Shown one piece after another: positions 62,352-64,000 of a stretch of DNA of 64,000 nt. The stretch's first letter is position 1; every line of letters begins with the position of its first letter. The notes beneath the pieces were generated by a model, which was given only the letters and a program-made list of their open reading frames with translations, had not been told where the DNA came from and did not search any database. Location of the stretch: contig NC_134468.1 of NCBI RefSeq assembly GCF_964194025.1, positions 5,828,001 to 5,892,000 of the forward strand. The letters run 5' to 3'. Source of the stretch: Convolutriloba macropyga. Lineage: Eukaryota. A program made the translations under genes and the position numbers.

Positions 62352-63404
62352 TTTATAGCTGCCCTCATCTTCTCAGCCGGCTATTATAGCGCTCCTAATT
62401 TTCATAGCTGCGAAGCTGTAAGCTGAGCGTAGCTATATTGCGGTGCTCTTGGTTTTTTTGTTTCGTCGTCTGACGCTCTTTTTTCGTTTTACATTTGTTC
62501 ACACAACAAAGCTGAAAAAGTCAAATTTTCTGAATGACTTCTTCCTCTCACTAACGGCATTTCCGCGCGTGACGTCATTTCTCACTCGCTTTAGCGAAAG
62601 TTTTTAGGTTATTTGCGTGATTAGATTTTGATCATACGTGACTTACCTCACTCAATAAAATGACTTTTGCACTTTAAAACTTAAGTTTAAATTGAATTTG
62701 TTTAAAGTCAAAGGAACTCATTTGTGCAGTTAAGGTCCCTAATAAGAGGCTTCTGCGGAATGAATTTTAACAAGCTTTTTTAATTTATCGCTGAATGTTT
62801 TTTACCTAGGTTTTTGAGCGGCGTCAATTTTTTTTCAATTTAGATCTTTATCTGTTTCTATCTCTATTATATGGCACGCAGGTCTATTCTTTCGCAGCTA
62901 TTCCGGCAATCTGCCGACTATGTTTTTTTACTTCGTCGAACTTTTTTTCGCTTCACCCATTTTGATTTCACGCTTTTTCGTCATTTTGCGTGAAATCTTT
63001 TTGACTTCTCTAGGCTATTTTCTCTCTTCTCTCATTCTGCTAAAAGTGAATTTGAACATCAGTTGCTCAGCAAAGCAATTCAAAATGAACACAGTCAGTA
63101 TAGAAAATTGAAGTCAGAAATAGAAACGGGATAAACCCATAAAGCCCAATTTTAGATGCCCGCTATTTGAACGTCGTTCCTATAAGTCTTAGTTACAATC
63201 TCTTGTGCTTATTGGTATTGATAGTAGCCCCTGTAGCATCTCTCTTAGAAACAGAAGTTTGTTCAACTACGAAATGCCATCAAAATAAATTGGACTTGAA
63301 AAATTTTTGTTCAAAATCTTTTTTCAATATCTATTCTTTCAATCCCAACCATGCTTATTGGAATCAACGGCGGCTATTTTCCGGCAATCTGCCCGGTATG
63401 TTTT
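62352..63404 (+). mobile_element. HINE family B (contains a family A copy)
   Basis: 5' TTTATAGCTGCCCTCATCTTCTCAGCCGGCTAT; 3' GGCGGCTATTTTCCGGCAATCTGCCCGGTATGTTT. Confidence 0.78.
62403..62925 (+). mobile_element. HINE family A nested in a family B element
   Basis: Both termini; lies ~50 bp inside the family B 5' end. Confidence 0.8.
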
Positions 63405-64000
63405 TTGTTTTGTTTCTTGTGATCTTATCGCTTAGTCTCAAAAATGACAATTCTGTTTGGTTTTCTGAAAAGGCGTTAAAGTCTTTCCTCTAACCGTTAC
63501 CAATCATTTTCGCTGGCTGTGATACCGTTTGCTTTCGAAATGTATGAATGAATTTGTGAATCGTGCCTTAATATGTAGTTCAGTAAGCCCTTTTTTGCCG
63601 TTAGAACTTCTAAACGGTATTCTATGACTTCAGAAAATTTATGATATGCTGTGTTTGGTTAAGAATTTTGGGGTTCTCTTAATTTCAGGCCAATGGGTAT
63701 CAAAGATACTCTATTTTTTTTCCAATTTTAGTTTTACGTCTTTGCTTTCTCTATCATCTCTCATCGATTCCCCTCATGATTGTTATTTTATGTACTCATT
63801 ATAAGAGTGCGTAGAGTCAATGTTTTCATTAAGCTTTGTTTTTAGTGATTCTTAAGACACTTCTAAAGAAATGTTCTAATTGTTTTGGGTTTTTTGTTCA
63901 TTTTGGCCAATATAGGGTCATGTGCTTTGTTGGCTGTCTTAGTTCGATATCGATGTAGATCGACATCGAAAAATGTTATTTGTGAGGTCATCGGTTTCGA

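Overview
AT-rich, repeat-dense eukaryotic (metazoan-like) genomic DNA, with a 200-N scaffold gap at 17452-17651. Left of the gap: (i) a decayed Polinton/Maverick-type DNA polymerase B remnant, part of which is tandemly amplified as a ~978-bp unit; (ii) a two-exon class A (rhodopsin-family) GPCR gene with a damaged 5' end, whose DRY motif is split by a 9.7-kb phase-2 intron. That intron holds a full-length but frameshifted Ty1/copia LTR retrotransposon on the minus strand (~200-bp LTRs, PPT, TSD, copia/Ty5-like half-tRNA PBS). Right of the gap: ten phase-consistent GT-AG exons of a plus-strand coiled-coil gene resembling CCDC162. Its introns are inflated by three families of non-autonomous elements with Helentron/DINE-1 (HINE) architecture (5' subterminal IR, 3' complementary IR + GC hairpin + TATGTTT), all co-oriented and often nested. 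Several carry tRNA-like cassettes followed by oligo-T, just before the 3' hairpin. A ~16.5-kb modular macrosatellite (1.3-1.5 kb units) lies between a HINE 5' end and a HINE 3' end. Most ORFs in the supplied track are spurious. All family assignments come from motif recognition by eye, not database searches.
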